Shown one piece after another: positions 10,089 through 20,974 of a stretch of 64,000 nucleotides of DNA. Source of the stretch: Cyanidioschyzon merolae (lineage: Eukaryota); assembly GCA_000091205.1 (NCBI GenBank), contig AP006494.2. One strand, given 5' to 3'. The translations under genes were made by a program, and so were the position numbers. How positions within the stretch are numbered: position 1 is the stretch's first letter; every line of letters begins with the position of its first letter. The notes below the pieces were generated by a model that was given only the letters and a program-made list of their open reading frames with translations, ran no database searches and was not told where the DNA came from.

Positions 10089-11929
10089 AGGCGTCTCGCT
10101 GGTATCCGGTCAGAGCAGGGAGGTGAGCGCTACTCGGACGGGCATATCATGCCGTATATGGCAGTTTAGACCTTAGCGCTGCTGAAGAAACACTGCAGTG
10201 CGGAGCAGTAAGCGGACAAGGACATGAGCGACGTTCTATGACTTTTTTCGCCGCGGCTCCGATGACGACGACTGCAGCGGTGCGTCCCGGATGAAGCGGC
10301 AGGCATAGAGGGCGATTGCTGAAAAATGTGCGTCACAAAGAGTTCTCCAGTTGGAATCGTTGTGATATGTACAGATCGCGGGCAGTGGTGCCAGGAGTAA
10401 CGATGGATCGCGTTGGAAGCATTTTGGAGTCGAAGAGGCGATGGCAGATTTGGATCAACGTTACGAGAAATTTGGAGTTTTGTCGCAAGGCAAAGTTTGA
10501 CACCATGCAGGTTGTTTGTGGCATCTAGAGTTGCCACATATATAGATGAAAGACGCATGCTTTAGCCAGAGTGCTTGAAAGCACTTGAAACTGTTCCACT
10601 GGCACGCACGACGATGAAGGTTCACTGTTGTTCTGTTGGTTGGTGTCCGTCGCTCAAGAGCTGCGTGCAATGGACTCACTTGTAAACACATCCGTTCAGG
10701 AGCAAGCATCTATTGTGTGAATAGGTGCATCACGATGCTATCTGCCGGGTTGCACTGTACTTGCGCCTCTGAGGGCTCTGCGACCGTTTGCGCTGTTCAG
10801 GCGCTTTCATGTTGACGCAGTTTCACTTCGCCGAGACGCCTGAATGGTTTTGTATGCTACGTGCACCATTCATCAAACTACATGGTCCAAATATGCGTAT
10901 ACCGTACGATTTGTCGAGTCGTAGACAAGCACCAGTCTTGCTGGGCAACCCGATATGTGCTTATGCGCTCGCGGATATGGCGGGCGTCCGCTTTCTCTCT
11001 CGCTCTCGCTCAGTCATGCGGTTGTCGTACAGGGATTGATACGACAAGTGCGTGGAGCACGCTTTGACATCGATGATCCGACAGTTGTATCGCAGGAAAT
11101 CAGCCTTCAAGCTCATGAATCGCCCTGACGCCTGCAGTCGTGGCCGATGTGACCAGTACCTGCGAGCGTACATGGCCCGCTGCATGAATCCATGAAAGGT
11201 GCGCTTCGAGTCACTGACGAATACAGGAGCAGCGTACCCGGCAGTCGCTGACTCCTGCGTACATCGCGCATTGTCTTGTAGAGCACTTCGTCTACTGGGA
11301 ACGCGATGTCACTGTGCCGGGACGCAGAAAGTCCAGCCTGCAAAAGTTGGTACCTGGACACGGTCGAGGCCTCCGCCGAAATCTCCCATATCTTCAAGAT
11401 TTTGCGGGGCACAAGCTCGCGAGTCCAGTCTCTACGCCAGGCTGCCCACGAGCAGGAGAAACCGAAACAAAGCATCCCCAGCGCTTCGTCACATTGTGCA
11501 TTAAACGGAGGCTGGCAGGTTATCGCTCACCAGCGGATGCCCGCGAGTGACGGTCCCGTGCACCCGGTGGCAGATCCCGGAGCAATACTCCTCAGAGCGT
11601 CGAGCGAAACCGGTATCCGAATCAAATAGAACGCGTCTTCGAACTCGGTGTACAAGTTGCTGTTCTTGTCGATAGAGAATTTGCGGAACCCGATGTTGCC
11701 TCTGATAAAACGAGTAACCGATAAAAAATCCAGTCAGGACAGCAACGCAAGATAATTGATTCGTCTACGCTCCCTTCGTGCTAAGCGGTGACGCACGCTT
11801 TCTTGTTCGCGATCCCTGCGATGACTGCGGCCCGAGTCCAAATTCATCTTCCATGTCAACGAATGAGACGTGAGTATCTTGGAGTATTCACGGTGATACG
11901 GATCAGGGTGCTGTCGAATGTAGTTCCGT

Positions 11930-12330
11930 GAATAGCTTCCAAGTGAGGATGATTTAGGATCCGAACGGAACCGATCATTGCAAGTAAGATATCTAGTGAA
12001 CATTCCTCATGAGCCTATGAAGAAGCTGTCCAGCATCGACTTCCAGAAGTTTTCGTCCCCGATCCAGTGGCACGAATCGCTGCGTCCAAGCATTGCCTTG
12101 AAGCAGAACGATCGAAAACTGGTACAATGCGGGATTCGAACATGCTACGTATACGAAAAGGGGAGCACTGGAGGCTTGCACGTAAGCGCTGGAAAACGAC
12201 ACCAGTTCTTCTAAGCGCTTTTGTTCGCTTGCGTCGGGAATCATCTGGATGCCGGTGACGGCGCGCATTCCAGCGGCATAGCGTCATTCGAGTCACTCCA
12301 AAACGACGACCTAGCATCCAAAGTCTACAT
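11930..12330 (+). repeat. Copy R2 of the diverged inverted-repeat pair (partner of 130–560)
   Basis: See R1. About 70–75% nucleotide identity over several hundred bp, in inverted orientation. Confidence 0.5.
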
Positions 12331-12667
12331 ACGCATCCACGAATTCTCATTACTGCATGTCGAATGTCAAGGCAGTTCATCGCAACAAATTCGGAAAAAG
12401 GATCGCAAGGCAGGAGCAGCGCGACTCGTTCGGTGTTCCGTTCTAATCTGACGCAGGCATTATAGTGCGCTTGGGGTTCAAGAGCTCCTGGTGTGCAGCG
12501 CTCACGACGCTTTCGCTGGGACTGGAGCGTTCCATTCACAGTCTGCACGTTTCGTGCACGCGGAGCAAGACGGAGTTCAGTTCACTGTAGACGCTACTTT
12601 GGCGATTGGGACGGTGTGAAACTGCCTGCACCCGTGTTTCTGCCTCCGAAGCTTCCCACTGGTGAAA

Positions 12668-14218
12668 ATGCAAGCAGCGGCCGCTCTGAGCTCCAGCCAG
12701 AACGGTCCCACGGAAGCGCAAGGGGTTCTCGTCGGGCACCCTGTGCTCCAGGAGGCGCCCATTGAGGCGTCTGTGGAGAGTCAGCTGGAGCAGCTAGCAA
12801 AACGGGAAGATGTCACTGCAAGCCGCGTCTACTACGCTGCGAGAAGCGCAGTGGTGCACATCAGTTCCATGGAGTCGTTGCGAGCAGCGGCTCGTCGAGG
12901 ATTCCGGAAACTATGGCCACCGTTTCCCTACGGCCCCGAGTCACCGGACGACGAGGACGATACCGAGGACGAGGATGCGTCGGCAGCACGTGCTGCCGAA
13001 CCCTCTGAACCTGAGCCAAAGCGTGGACTCCCAGAGCCGCCTCTCGCTAGTCCACACGAACGTCCGGAGGAGGAATGGATCCTTCGGGGAACTGGAACAG
13101 GGTTCTGTTTCGACGCTGACCTCCACATCGTCACCAATGCGCACGTCGTTGCGGGCGCCTCACGGTACTGGGTACGGTTCATCAGCGGTGATCAGGTTCC
13201 AGCACAGGTGCTGGGCCTCGACTCAGAGCATGATATTGCGGTTTTGCAACCGCGCTGGGAGGGCGCATCCAGCGACCAGAGTGCCCCACTCCGTGAGCTA
13301 GCGGCGCTACCATCCGATGCACCACGAACGCTTTCCAACGCGGTGGCTAGCCGCTGGTCGCAGGGTGCGAACCTTACAGTGCGCAAGCGCCTCCTCGAAA
13401 CCATTCAACCGCTCCGTTTCGGTGACTCTACCAAGTTACTCGTGGGTCAGCGCGTATTCGCGATCGGAAACCCGTTTTCCCTAGAACACACGCTGACTGC
13501 CGGCATCTTGTCGGGTGTCGGTCGTGAGGTTGCCTCCCGCCGATCTGGAGGTATTCCCATGTTTGGACTCTTGCAGACCGATGCTGCGCTCAATGCCGGT
13601 AACTCGGGTGGTCCACTGCTCGACTCAAATGGCTGTGTCATTGGGATGAACTGTGCGATTGCGAGTCCTAGTGGAGCCTTTGCGGGTGTCGGGTTCGCGA
13701 TACCGATTCATACCGTTCGACGAGTTGCAGAGGAGATCCTGACGCGTGGCCGCGCTTCTCGCCCGGGTCTGGGCGTCACTTTCGCGCCGACTGCACTCAC
13801 GCGTCGACTGGGTATTCGTCGCGGTGTGCTCATTTTAAACGTGCTCCCAGATGGACCAGCTGCAAGGGCGGGGCTGCGGCCCACCAGGCGGCTAGAGCGA
13901 CTCTATCTCGGTGATGTGATTCTCAGCGTCGATAACCATCCGGTGAACGACGCCGTTGATGTGATGCGCATCCTGCAACAGAAACGCGTTGGTGACACAG
14001 TGAAACTCGCTGTGGCGAATGCATCTGAGATACTCGCGCTGCAGGGCGGTACCCAAGCATGGTCAGACAAGTTGCCACCGGCAATGAACCGAGCGCATCC
14101 ATCGCCTTCGGAGGAAGAGGCCATTCGGGAAAAGTGGAAAGGGCTTCGGGTTCGTGAGGTTACCGTCCAGCTCGCAGACATTCCGAGAAGAGCGTGGCGT
14201 ATCGCTTCGAAACTCTGA
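12668..14218 (+). CDS. DegP/HtrA-type trypsin-like serine protease with a C-terminal PDZ domain
   Basis: Catalytic triad context: His in …HIVTNAHVV…, Asp in …DIAVLQ…, Ser in …GNSGGPLLD…. A PDZ-like region follows (…GVLILNVLPDGPAARAGLRPT…GDVILSVDNHPV…). The N-terminal extension may be an organelle-targeting sequence. The track start is GTG 12662; the ATG is at 12668. Confidence 0.85.
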   Translation: MQAAAALSSSQNGPTEAQGVLVGHPVLQEAPIEASVESQLEQLAKREDVTASRVYYAARSAVVHISSMESLRAAARRGFRKLWPPFPYGPESPDDEDDTEDEDASAARAAEPSEPEPKRGLPEPPLASPHERPEEEWILRGTGTGFCFDADLHIVTNAHVVAGASRYWVRFISGDQVPAQVLGLDSEHDIAVLQPRWEGASSDQSAPLRELAALPSDAPRTLSNAVASRWSQGANLTVRKRLLETIQPLRFGDSTKLLVGQRVFAIGNPFSLEHTLTAGILSGVGREVASRRSGGIPMFGLLQTDAALNAGNSGGPLLDSNGCVIGMNCAIASPSGAFAGVGFAIPIHTVRRVAEEILTRGRASRPGLGVTFAPTALTRRLGIRRGVLILNVLPDGPAARAGLRPTRRLERLYLGDVILSVDNHPVNDAVDVMRILQQKRVGDTVKLAVANASEILALQGGTQAWSDKLPPAMNRAHPSPSEEEAIREKWKGLRVREVTVQLADIPRRAWRIASKL

Positions 14219-14924
14219 AATGTCCGTGAGTCGCCGCTTGTACGGCATGCCTCCATGGGGTCCAGCGGCACCAGTTGCGGGCCCTGGTTACGTGAACGTA
14301 CCGAGAGGCTTTTTTGTCAGACACGGGAGGGTCACTATGCGAACGATACGTTACTCATGAATATGTTCATAAACCCCTGGTCCAGTTGTATGCGATTGCA
14401 GGGTACGTTCGTATTCGGATGAGGCCAACGAGCGACTCCAGCAGGCGACATCGTGCGCTGCGCACCCGGTGTTGTCGTCGACTCGGTCGGTGAGGATTCG
14501 CTGCTGAGGCCCCGCGGTATCGCGCTCTCAACAACCAGCACAAGCTTCGCACGCTGAGCGACAAAAGCGCAGTGCCTCAGCTCTAGAACCTAGATCCTAT
14601 GTGCTCTGTTTCAGTACTGCGTTTCGTGAAAGATGCGTTGAAGAGACGTACCTGAAGGCTCCACCTGGTTTCCACAAAAAAAAAGCGACGCTGGTCCCGG
14701 AAACGCCCTGAATACTGCTGCTGTACGATTCCATCGAACAGGTGCTGGTTGCTCGCCTTGAGCATCGAATGCAGAGGACGCAGGAACACTCGAGGAGTCG
14801 CTCGTGAAAGCGTTCTCTAGGGAGAGCGCTCCGACGCCACGACCAAAATAGACGTTACAGTCAGTGCACCGAATAAAACAGGAAACCGTATTCGTTGAAC
14901 CGAAGGCTGCCACTTGCACGCAAG

Positions 14925-15254
14925 ATGCCTCGTGGTGTCGATAAGGAACACTTACCCACCAAAGTCTGCGAGGTGTGTGGACGTCCGTTTACGTGGCGAA
15001 AAAAGTGGGCTCGATGCTGGAACCAGGTTTCGGTGTGCTCCAAGCGTTGTCAACAAGAGCGACGACACCAGAAACGACAAGAAAAAGCGTCAGACGCGGA
15101 TGGAAGCGTTTCCACGTTTTCGAGTGTCGCTTCGCAGGGTGCACGAGCACTGGCGCTTGCTGCACTGCGGTTTGCGATCGTGGTGGGGTGTCGACAAGGG
15201 TCCAGCGCTGGGCGAACACTTGGCTGGTGTCCTTGGCGACTGGGCATTCATTGA
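14925..15254 (+). CDS. Small DUF2256-type zinc-ribbon protein
   Basis: …[35 protein letters not shown]… matches the DUF2256 signature (LPxKxCxxCGRPFxWRKKW…W…V…CSxRC). The track ORF begins at TTG 14895; the ATG is at 14925. The tail is basic and low-complexity. Confidence 0.5.
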   Translation: MPRGVDKEHLPTKVCEVCGRPFTWRKKWARCWNQVSVCSKRCQQERRHQKRQEKASDADGSVSTFSSVASQGARALALAALRFAIVVGCRQGSSAGRTLGWCPWRLGIH

Positions 15255-15407
15255 GAAGGTGCAGGGGAGACACACACGTTGTGACGGAAAACGTTTTGCG
15301 TCTGCTAAAAAGTTTTAGCGTTCGGGAAACCGGGCGCATCGTGATCGAGTGCAGCGAGAACACCGAACAACCCGCAAACCCTTGCATATGCGAATCTGTC
15401 TTAGCGT

Positions 15408-18011
15408 TCAGGAACTGGTCTCCGCATCCGTCGGTTCGGTATCCGTCGAGTCGGGCGTTGGCTGTCGTTGGACAAGCGCAACTTTCGTGGTGGAACCTGC
15501 CGATTCAGGTGCCAGGTTCTGGTCGCCACTCGGGGGGTTTGTAGCCTCCTCGTGCGAAATTGTGCGACTCTTTTTCTCCGAGAGAATGATCAAGCGCTTA
15601 TTGCGCTCAATGGTGTTCTCGATCGGACATTTTTCCAAACTGATTTTGGGAAGCGATCGATTCGTCTCCACAGGTTCGTTCGATGCTGTTACAGTTACCT
15701 GAACGGCTGGTGTGCCTCGTGGCTGACCGGTCTCCAGGCGGTAAGCACCTGCTATAGCTTGTGGCCCTGTTGATGGCTGCTGCACCGTCGCTGCAACCGA
15801 CAGCGACGGTGCCCATGAAGCATCAGCAGCAGTTGTAGCAGCAGCCAAGGTGTCCGCATCGGCAATGCCCTCTCGACGGTCCAGCCCGGCTGCGGATCGC
15901 AGCAGAGGATTCACCTGGTTCGGAGGCCCGGGATCTTTGGTCATTAGTTTCGAGGCTACGCTTGGCAACTGATGAGCCCGTGACATTCCTGCACTGATCT
16001 GCTCAGTGCCGGGGACTGCTGCTTCCGCAGATCCTCCTCCTCCTCCTCCTCCAGCATCTAATCGGTGCAATGTTTCTGCCCACGGTTCAGGTTGCGTCGG
16101 CACCATGCCCATTACGCCCGGAGCCTGCCCCGAAAAGGCACGCTCACCAAGAGTACGTGTTTCAGGGTAGGCTGCGTCTCGTCGCGACGTCACCTGCGCA
16201 GGTATCTGAGCATGAGCCGGATACGTGCGATGCAGCGGCGGGAAAGTATCCTGACGGCGGCTATCCGGTGGATAAGACAGGCCTTGCGCAGCCGGCGCTG
16301 ACGGCAGTATCGCCTGGCCGGTTGTTTTGGGAGCGCTCCGCCCGGGGGCACTGGTGACTGCCTCACCAGCCTGAAGCGTTGAACACATAGCCCGATATCG
16401 TTCCAGGTAGCTGATATTATGGGGATTCAGACTCATGGCGCGATGGTAAGCACTGCACGCATCAGCAAATTGTCCATAGTTCTCGTAGAGGATGCCGAGG
16501 TCAAACCAGACCTCCGCAAGTCCAGGATTCAAGCGAATAGCCCGCATATACGCATCAGCAGCATCCGAATACTGTTGAGCCTGGTAGTAGAGCACACCAA
16601 TTGAGCACCAGTAACTTGCGTTATTCGGCTCCCGTAATACTGCTTGCTGGTACGCGTTGCAGGCCTCTAAATGCTGCTCACTGAGGGCATAGGCGCGACC
16701 CAACAAATACCAACTATGTGCCCGATTCGGATCGAGTTGAACGCAGCGCCGAAGATGCTCAAGCGCAATGGGTACCTCATTCAGCAAGATGAGCGTCCAA
16801 GAGAGCTGCTGCAGTGCATCGACATCTCCGGGGTCTGCGATGAGCGCATTTTCGAAGGCCTTACGCGCTTCTGCTAAATTTTGGCAAAGCATGTATACGT
16901 GGCCAATCTCGCACCAGGTTCGCCCATCTGATAACGCGGATAGTTCTTCGTCGAGAACCAGGTCGAGGAGCGCGCGGCGAGCGCGGAAGAGGCGCTGTCT
17001 CTCCAGGGTTTCGTACTCTTTCTGAGCCATTCCGAGCACCATTTTTGTGGCAGCAGATTCACGCTGTCGCCCATTGTTTGACCCTGATGGTAGCAGCGGT
17101 CCATTGCCACGAGCTGCGCTCGTATCCGTAGTGAAGGAAGTTGCTCGTCGATTGGCAGTGCTCAGTGGTGCGGTCTCGTTGCCGATACGCAGTGTACTCG
17201 GTTGATCATTTTCGACAGCGTTGCCACTGTGCCGAGTTTTCTTCGTCATAAGAAGCGCTGCGCTACGTTCTTCGACGCGGTATTCAAGAGCCTGTGTGAA
17301 CAGGGCCAAGGCTGCATCATAATCTCGAGCCGCACATTTCAAGGTCGCCAGGTAGAATAAAGCAACATCTCGGAATTCGTCATTAACGGGCAAAAGTCTT
17401 TGGGTGACTTTGTATGCCTCAGCGGCTTCTTCGAGCTGCCCGTATAGCTGATACAGAATGCCTATGCCAGTCCACACGAGGGGATCCTTGGCGCTTTCGG
17501 GATCAAGCTCCATGCAGCGTTGGTAGGCCGCAAATGCACCCGGAATCTTGTGGCGCAGAAGGAGCGCTTTTGCGAGAGCCAACCAGCCCAGACGAAAGCG
17601 TGGGCAGGTTTCCAGGAGGAGCTCTAGTCGTTGCTGGGTTTCCTCCAGATGACCGCGCCGGTAATCAATGAGACAGAGACGAACCAGGGCAAGCTGGGCC
17701 CCAATGTCGGTTTCCAGCATTCTCAGTCGTTCTGGAGACGTGCCCGAAAGGATCGGCTTCGCGATCTGACTGTACATTACTCGAGCTTTCTCAAAATCAC
17801 CAAGGCATTCGAAAAGCAACCCTGTATCCAAGAAAACAAACTGGTTGTTTTCAAGCCGCGACGGATAACAGGACCTGTTCCAGAAATTCCGGCCTGTGGC
17901 AGCGGTACCAGTGCTCGTGGGCTCCCGTTCACTCGCGCTCCCCAGTTCCGGAGATACCCTGTTCAGAGACGGAATCGTATTCGACCACTCTCCCGGCTTA
18001 GGTGCGTCCAT
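15408..18011 (-). CDS. TPR-repeat transcriptional corepressor, Cyc8/Ssn6-like
   Basis: A TPR block …SWYLLGRAYALSEQHLEACNAYQQAVLREPNNASYWCSIGVLYYQAQQYSDAADAYMRAIRLNPGLAEVWFDLGILYENYGQFADACSAYHRAMSLNPHN parallels yeast Cyc8 …FWCSIGVLYYQ…DALDAYTRAIRLNP…EVWYDLGTLYE…. No JmjC domain is present, which excludes UTX. The start is ATG. An internal poly-Gly comes from a (GGA)n tract at ~16031–16051. Confidence 0.8.
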   Translation of the reverse strand: MDAPKPGEWSNTIPSLNRVSPELGSASEREPTSTGTAATGRNFWNRSCYPSRLENNQFVFLDTGLLFECLGDFEKARVMYSQIAKPILSGTSPERLRMLETDIGAQLALVRLCLIDYRRGHLEETQQRLELLLETCPRFRLGWLALAKALLLRHKIPGAFAAYQRCMELDPESAKDPLVWTGIGILYQLYGQLEEAAEAYKVTQRLLPVNDEFRDVALFYLATLKCAARDYDAALALFTQALEYRVEERSAALLMTKKTRHSGNAVENDQPSTLRIGNETAPLSTANRRATSFTTDTSAARGNGPLLPSGSNNGRQRESAATKMVLGMAQKEYETLERQRLFRARRALLDLVLDEELSALSDGRTWCEIGHVYMLCQNLAEARKAFENALIADPGDVDALQQLSWTLILLNEVPIALEHLRRCVQLDPNRAHSWYLLGRAYALSEQHLEACNAYQQAVLREPNNASYWCSIGVLYYQAQQYSDAADAYMRAIRLNPGLAEVWFDLGILYENYGQFADACSAYHRAMSLNPHNISYLERYRAMCSTLQAGEAVTSAPGRSAPKTTGQAILPSAPAAQGLSYPPDSRRQDTFPPLHRTYPAHAQIPAQVTSRRDAAYPETRTLGERAFSGQAPGVMGMVPTQPEPWAETLHRLDAGGGGGGGSAEAAVPGTEQISAGMSRAHQLPSVASKLMTKDPGPPNQVNPLLRSAAGLDRREGIADADTLAAATTAADASWAPSLSVAATVQQPSTGPQAIAGAYRLETGQPRGTPAVQVTVTASNEPVETNRSLPKISLEKCPIENTIERNKRLIILSEKKSRTISHEEATNPPSGDQNLAPESAGSTTKVALVQRQPTPDSTDTEPTDAETSS

Positions 18012-20974
18012 GTTCAGTCGCTGGAATGCTGGAATCGTTCCGCACCAAAAGCACCTCTACGAAACCCGATGGAACCCTCCGAAACACCGAGCGCTGTCGC
18101 TACAACGGCCCTGCAGCCAAGCTGATGCAACAAAGCTCCCACAATATGCGCTCTGGCAGCGCACGCAACCCAGAAGTGACAAAAGTATACAGCTCCTTCG
18201 AGTCGAGTCGCCAGATAAAGTCTCCAACTTCGAGTCGCGAAAACTTCACAGATTCTTTTTCAGAGACAAGGAACAGTCAAGTCTATGAGCATAAAACCGT
18301 CTTCGCAACTTTTTGTGAAGAATTTCAAAAGCGGTATAATCACAGCGCTTCAACAGAGTGCTGCGAGTGCAAACACGTTGCAGCACGCAAGCAACCTGCA
18401 CCGGTGCTCCCAGTCCGCAAACGCTCCCAGGCGAAGATGACCTCCTGCTCCCCTCAGCTGTCGATTTCCTACCAAAACAAAGAGAGCAAACACGCTCTGC
18501 GTGCTGCCGTCCCCAAAACCTGGCGCACACGCTCGCAAACTTCCGGGTACGCACCGCGCGCAAAACAGTGCACGCCAGCGTCCGCTTCAAGAACGCTCCG
18601 TTTCCACACCTCTACTGTACGAATAGAAGTTAAGCCACTGCTCCAGTGTAAAGTCAAACCTCAGCACCACTGTCGGTATCAATATAGATGATACAGAACA
18701 ACAAGCGCTTTTCGTTGTACGTCCCAAAAAGGACCTTTCCCAAAAGTCTCCAGTGAGCAACGCTTCAACTGTTACATGCGAGCTGGATACACATGGAACG
18801 CAGCGCTCGATTCACCGCGAGGCGAACGCTGCCGCGCGGCGCGCAATCTTCGCACCCGCGATGCCTTGACGCGCGCCATCTTACGAGAGCGTCGAAATCG
18901 CCCTTCAAAAACGTGACCATTTGGATGAGACGTGACATCTACGGTGATCCCGCGGATACATCGATCTGTAACGATGCACACGGCGGCAGCGTCGATGACG
19001 GCAACGTCGATAACGACGGCGATGACGGCAACGTCGATGTTGGATGCCAGCGGCGTACGCGTTCTCGACATTCACGCTAAAATATGGGAAGTAGGCGCCA
19101 CAAAGCAAATTTTTCTGGTTGCGCATAGGCTACTGGAATCAGCGGAGAGCACTGTGTTTATGTTCGGGCGCTTCCAGATTCTCTCATACTTAGAGAATCG
19201 ATAACCTTTGGAACAGAGGAACTTGTGGATCGAGAGAGAGCATCCCTGCTGCAGAGCGCAGTGTGCACAACGCGGACGTGTCGAGAGAGACCGCCGCATC
19301 GGTAGTCCCCGCAGCCGCAACTGAGTATAGACGTGTGAGTCCTGTGGCAGGTGATCGCGCCCGTTCGTAATGCTTACCATTGTGATACCCTTCTGGAGAC
19401 TGTGGCGAGCGTCGGATGACCGCTTGGTTCCCAGGCTTGGCGCAGTGCGGCGACATGGAGTTTCGCTCTGGGATCATTCGGGGCATAGTCCATCTTCTCG
19501 GTAAGCGCTACGTGAGACCGAAATAGGATGCAACGTTTGGACAGGCGAGGGAGCTTCGAGGTTCTTGATCATGAACCTTTGACGCGAGCATGAACGCAGT
19601 GTTTCTGGTCTGGCCGTCGTGCGTTCACGTGCACAATATGGCCGGTTCGCTATTTTGTTCATTATATGCGCTGTTCCCCGCCGATTTACCTAGTGGACGT
19701 AACGCGCGACTTGTTCATTATCTTTTTTATTTTACCGCCGGTCCTCTGCGCGCTTTCGACTGTGCAGATTGAGCACCGTCCCGAATGGCGACGACTGCGT
19801 TCATCCTGCGCCTTTCCAAACTAGCTACCATACGCGATGCGGCATTGCTCGCTAGACACAGCTCTCCCTGCAGCTGAATGCCCCGATACCACGTGATTCG
19901 TATTTTGTCTTCCAGTCTACATCAAATAGACTCTTTTCGAGCTTGGAGCGACCGCCGTCCTCCTTGAGCACCAACGATATACCCATTGGCGAATATGCAG
20001 CACCGGCAGCGGGTGCCGGGCACTGCCGAGCACCCAGCTGCGGCACAACGCGACTCTGCAACCAATCAGTACAGAGATGCCTCGCTGATTTCACATGCCT
20101 CCGCTTCTACTTCGAGACACTGCACTTGTGTATGAATGCCCGGTGCTTCCAGGCATTCGAGATTCTTCTAGATTCCAGGGCACCAATCTGCATCTTGATG
20201 AATCTGAATGGACACTTTCATCCGGTGCTGCACGCATGCACGAATGGACACGTGTCCATGCGTGCACAGACAGCACGCATGGACAGCACGCATCCGCATG
20301 CTGCAGTGCCGCTTATGAACTGCGTTGAGCTTGTAGCACCTGGGTATGCTCTTTTACGTTAGGAGCTGCTCGCTTAGAGAAACTCTACCAAGGTAACCAT
20401 TCTGGGCATCTGGGTTTTTTTATGTCGCTTCGAGAGACGGTTTTATGCTCTGGCCAAGTACGACATGACGAATGCTTGGTGTTCCATCGAGTGGGAAGCG
20501 CGCTTTGTGCAGCGTGTACAGCAACGGCGCGCTTCTTCGTCGTAGTTTCGGCGCTCGTCAAGCATGACGAACGTCCGCACACTCTAACGTACCGTTTGCG
20601 CGCATCTGCCGCGTATAGCTATAAACCGTGTGCTGACGACGAAATAGTCCCGCTGGTGGCAGCGACTCGGCAGCGACCTCTGCAGCGTGCGCCGCACTGC
20701 CCGTGCGGAGCCTGCGTTCGCGCCCCGCCGCTGGGATTGCTGTTCAGTGCGTAGTCAGCAAGCAAGAAATAGACGGCCTCGCACGTCCACACTTGCCGGA
20801 CGTTTGCGAGCTACTGGGCCTGCAGCTTGCTAAAAACACTCTGATGGTCGGTTTGAGTGACTTTTGATCTCGTACCAAAGGCACATCCATTGCCTAGAGC
20901 TTTGGGGTGCGTTCCGGCCCCGATAAGCGCCAAGGCGTTTACAGCGAGCGGGACGCGGCAAGCGGGTGTGCTCA

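Noticed and set aside
9964-10176. ORF encoding ~20 consecutive Cys, and a +1-frame poly-Ala ORF at 9788..10126
   Set aside because: Both are translations of the (GCT)n microsatellite. There is no flanking protein-like sequence.
12100-12215. Possible tRNA on the minus strand, suggested by a GGATTCGAAC (T-loop-like) motif in repeat R2
   Set aside because: The candidate T-stem pairs only 3 of 5 positions (gcatg/cccgc). No complementary acceptor 5' strand (gtacaat) occurs at the expected distance, and no D- or anticodon arms could be built. The motif is simply part of the R1/R2 repeat.
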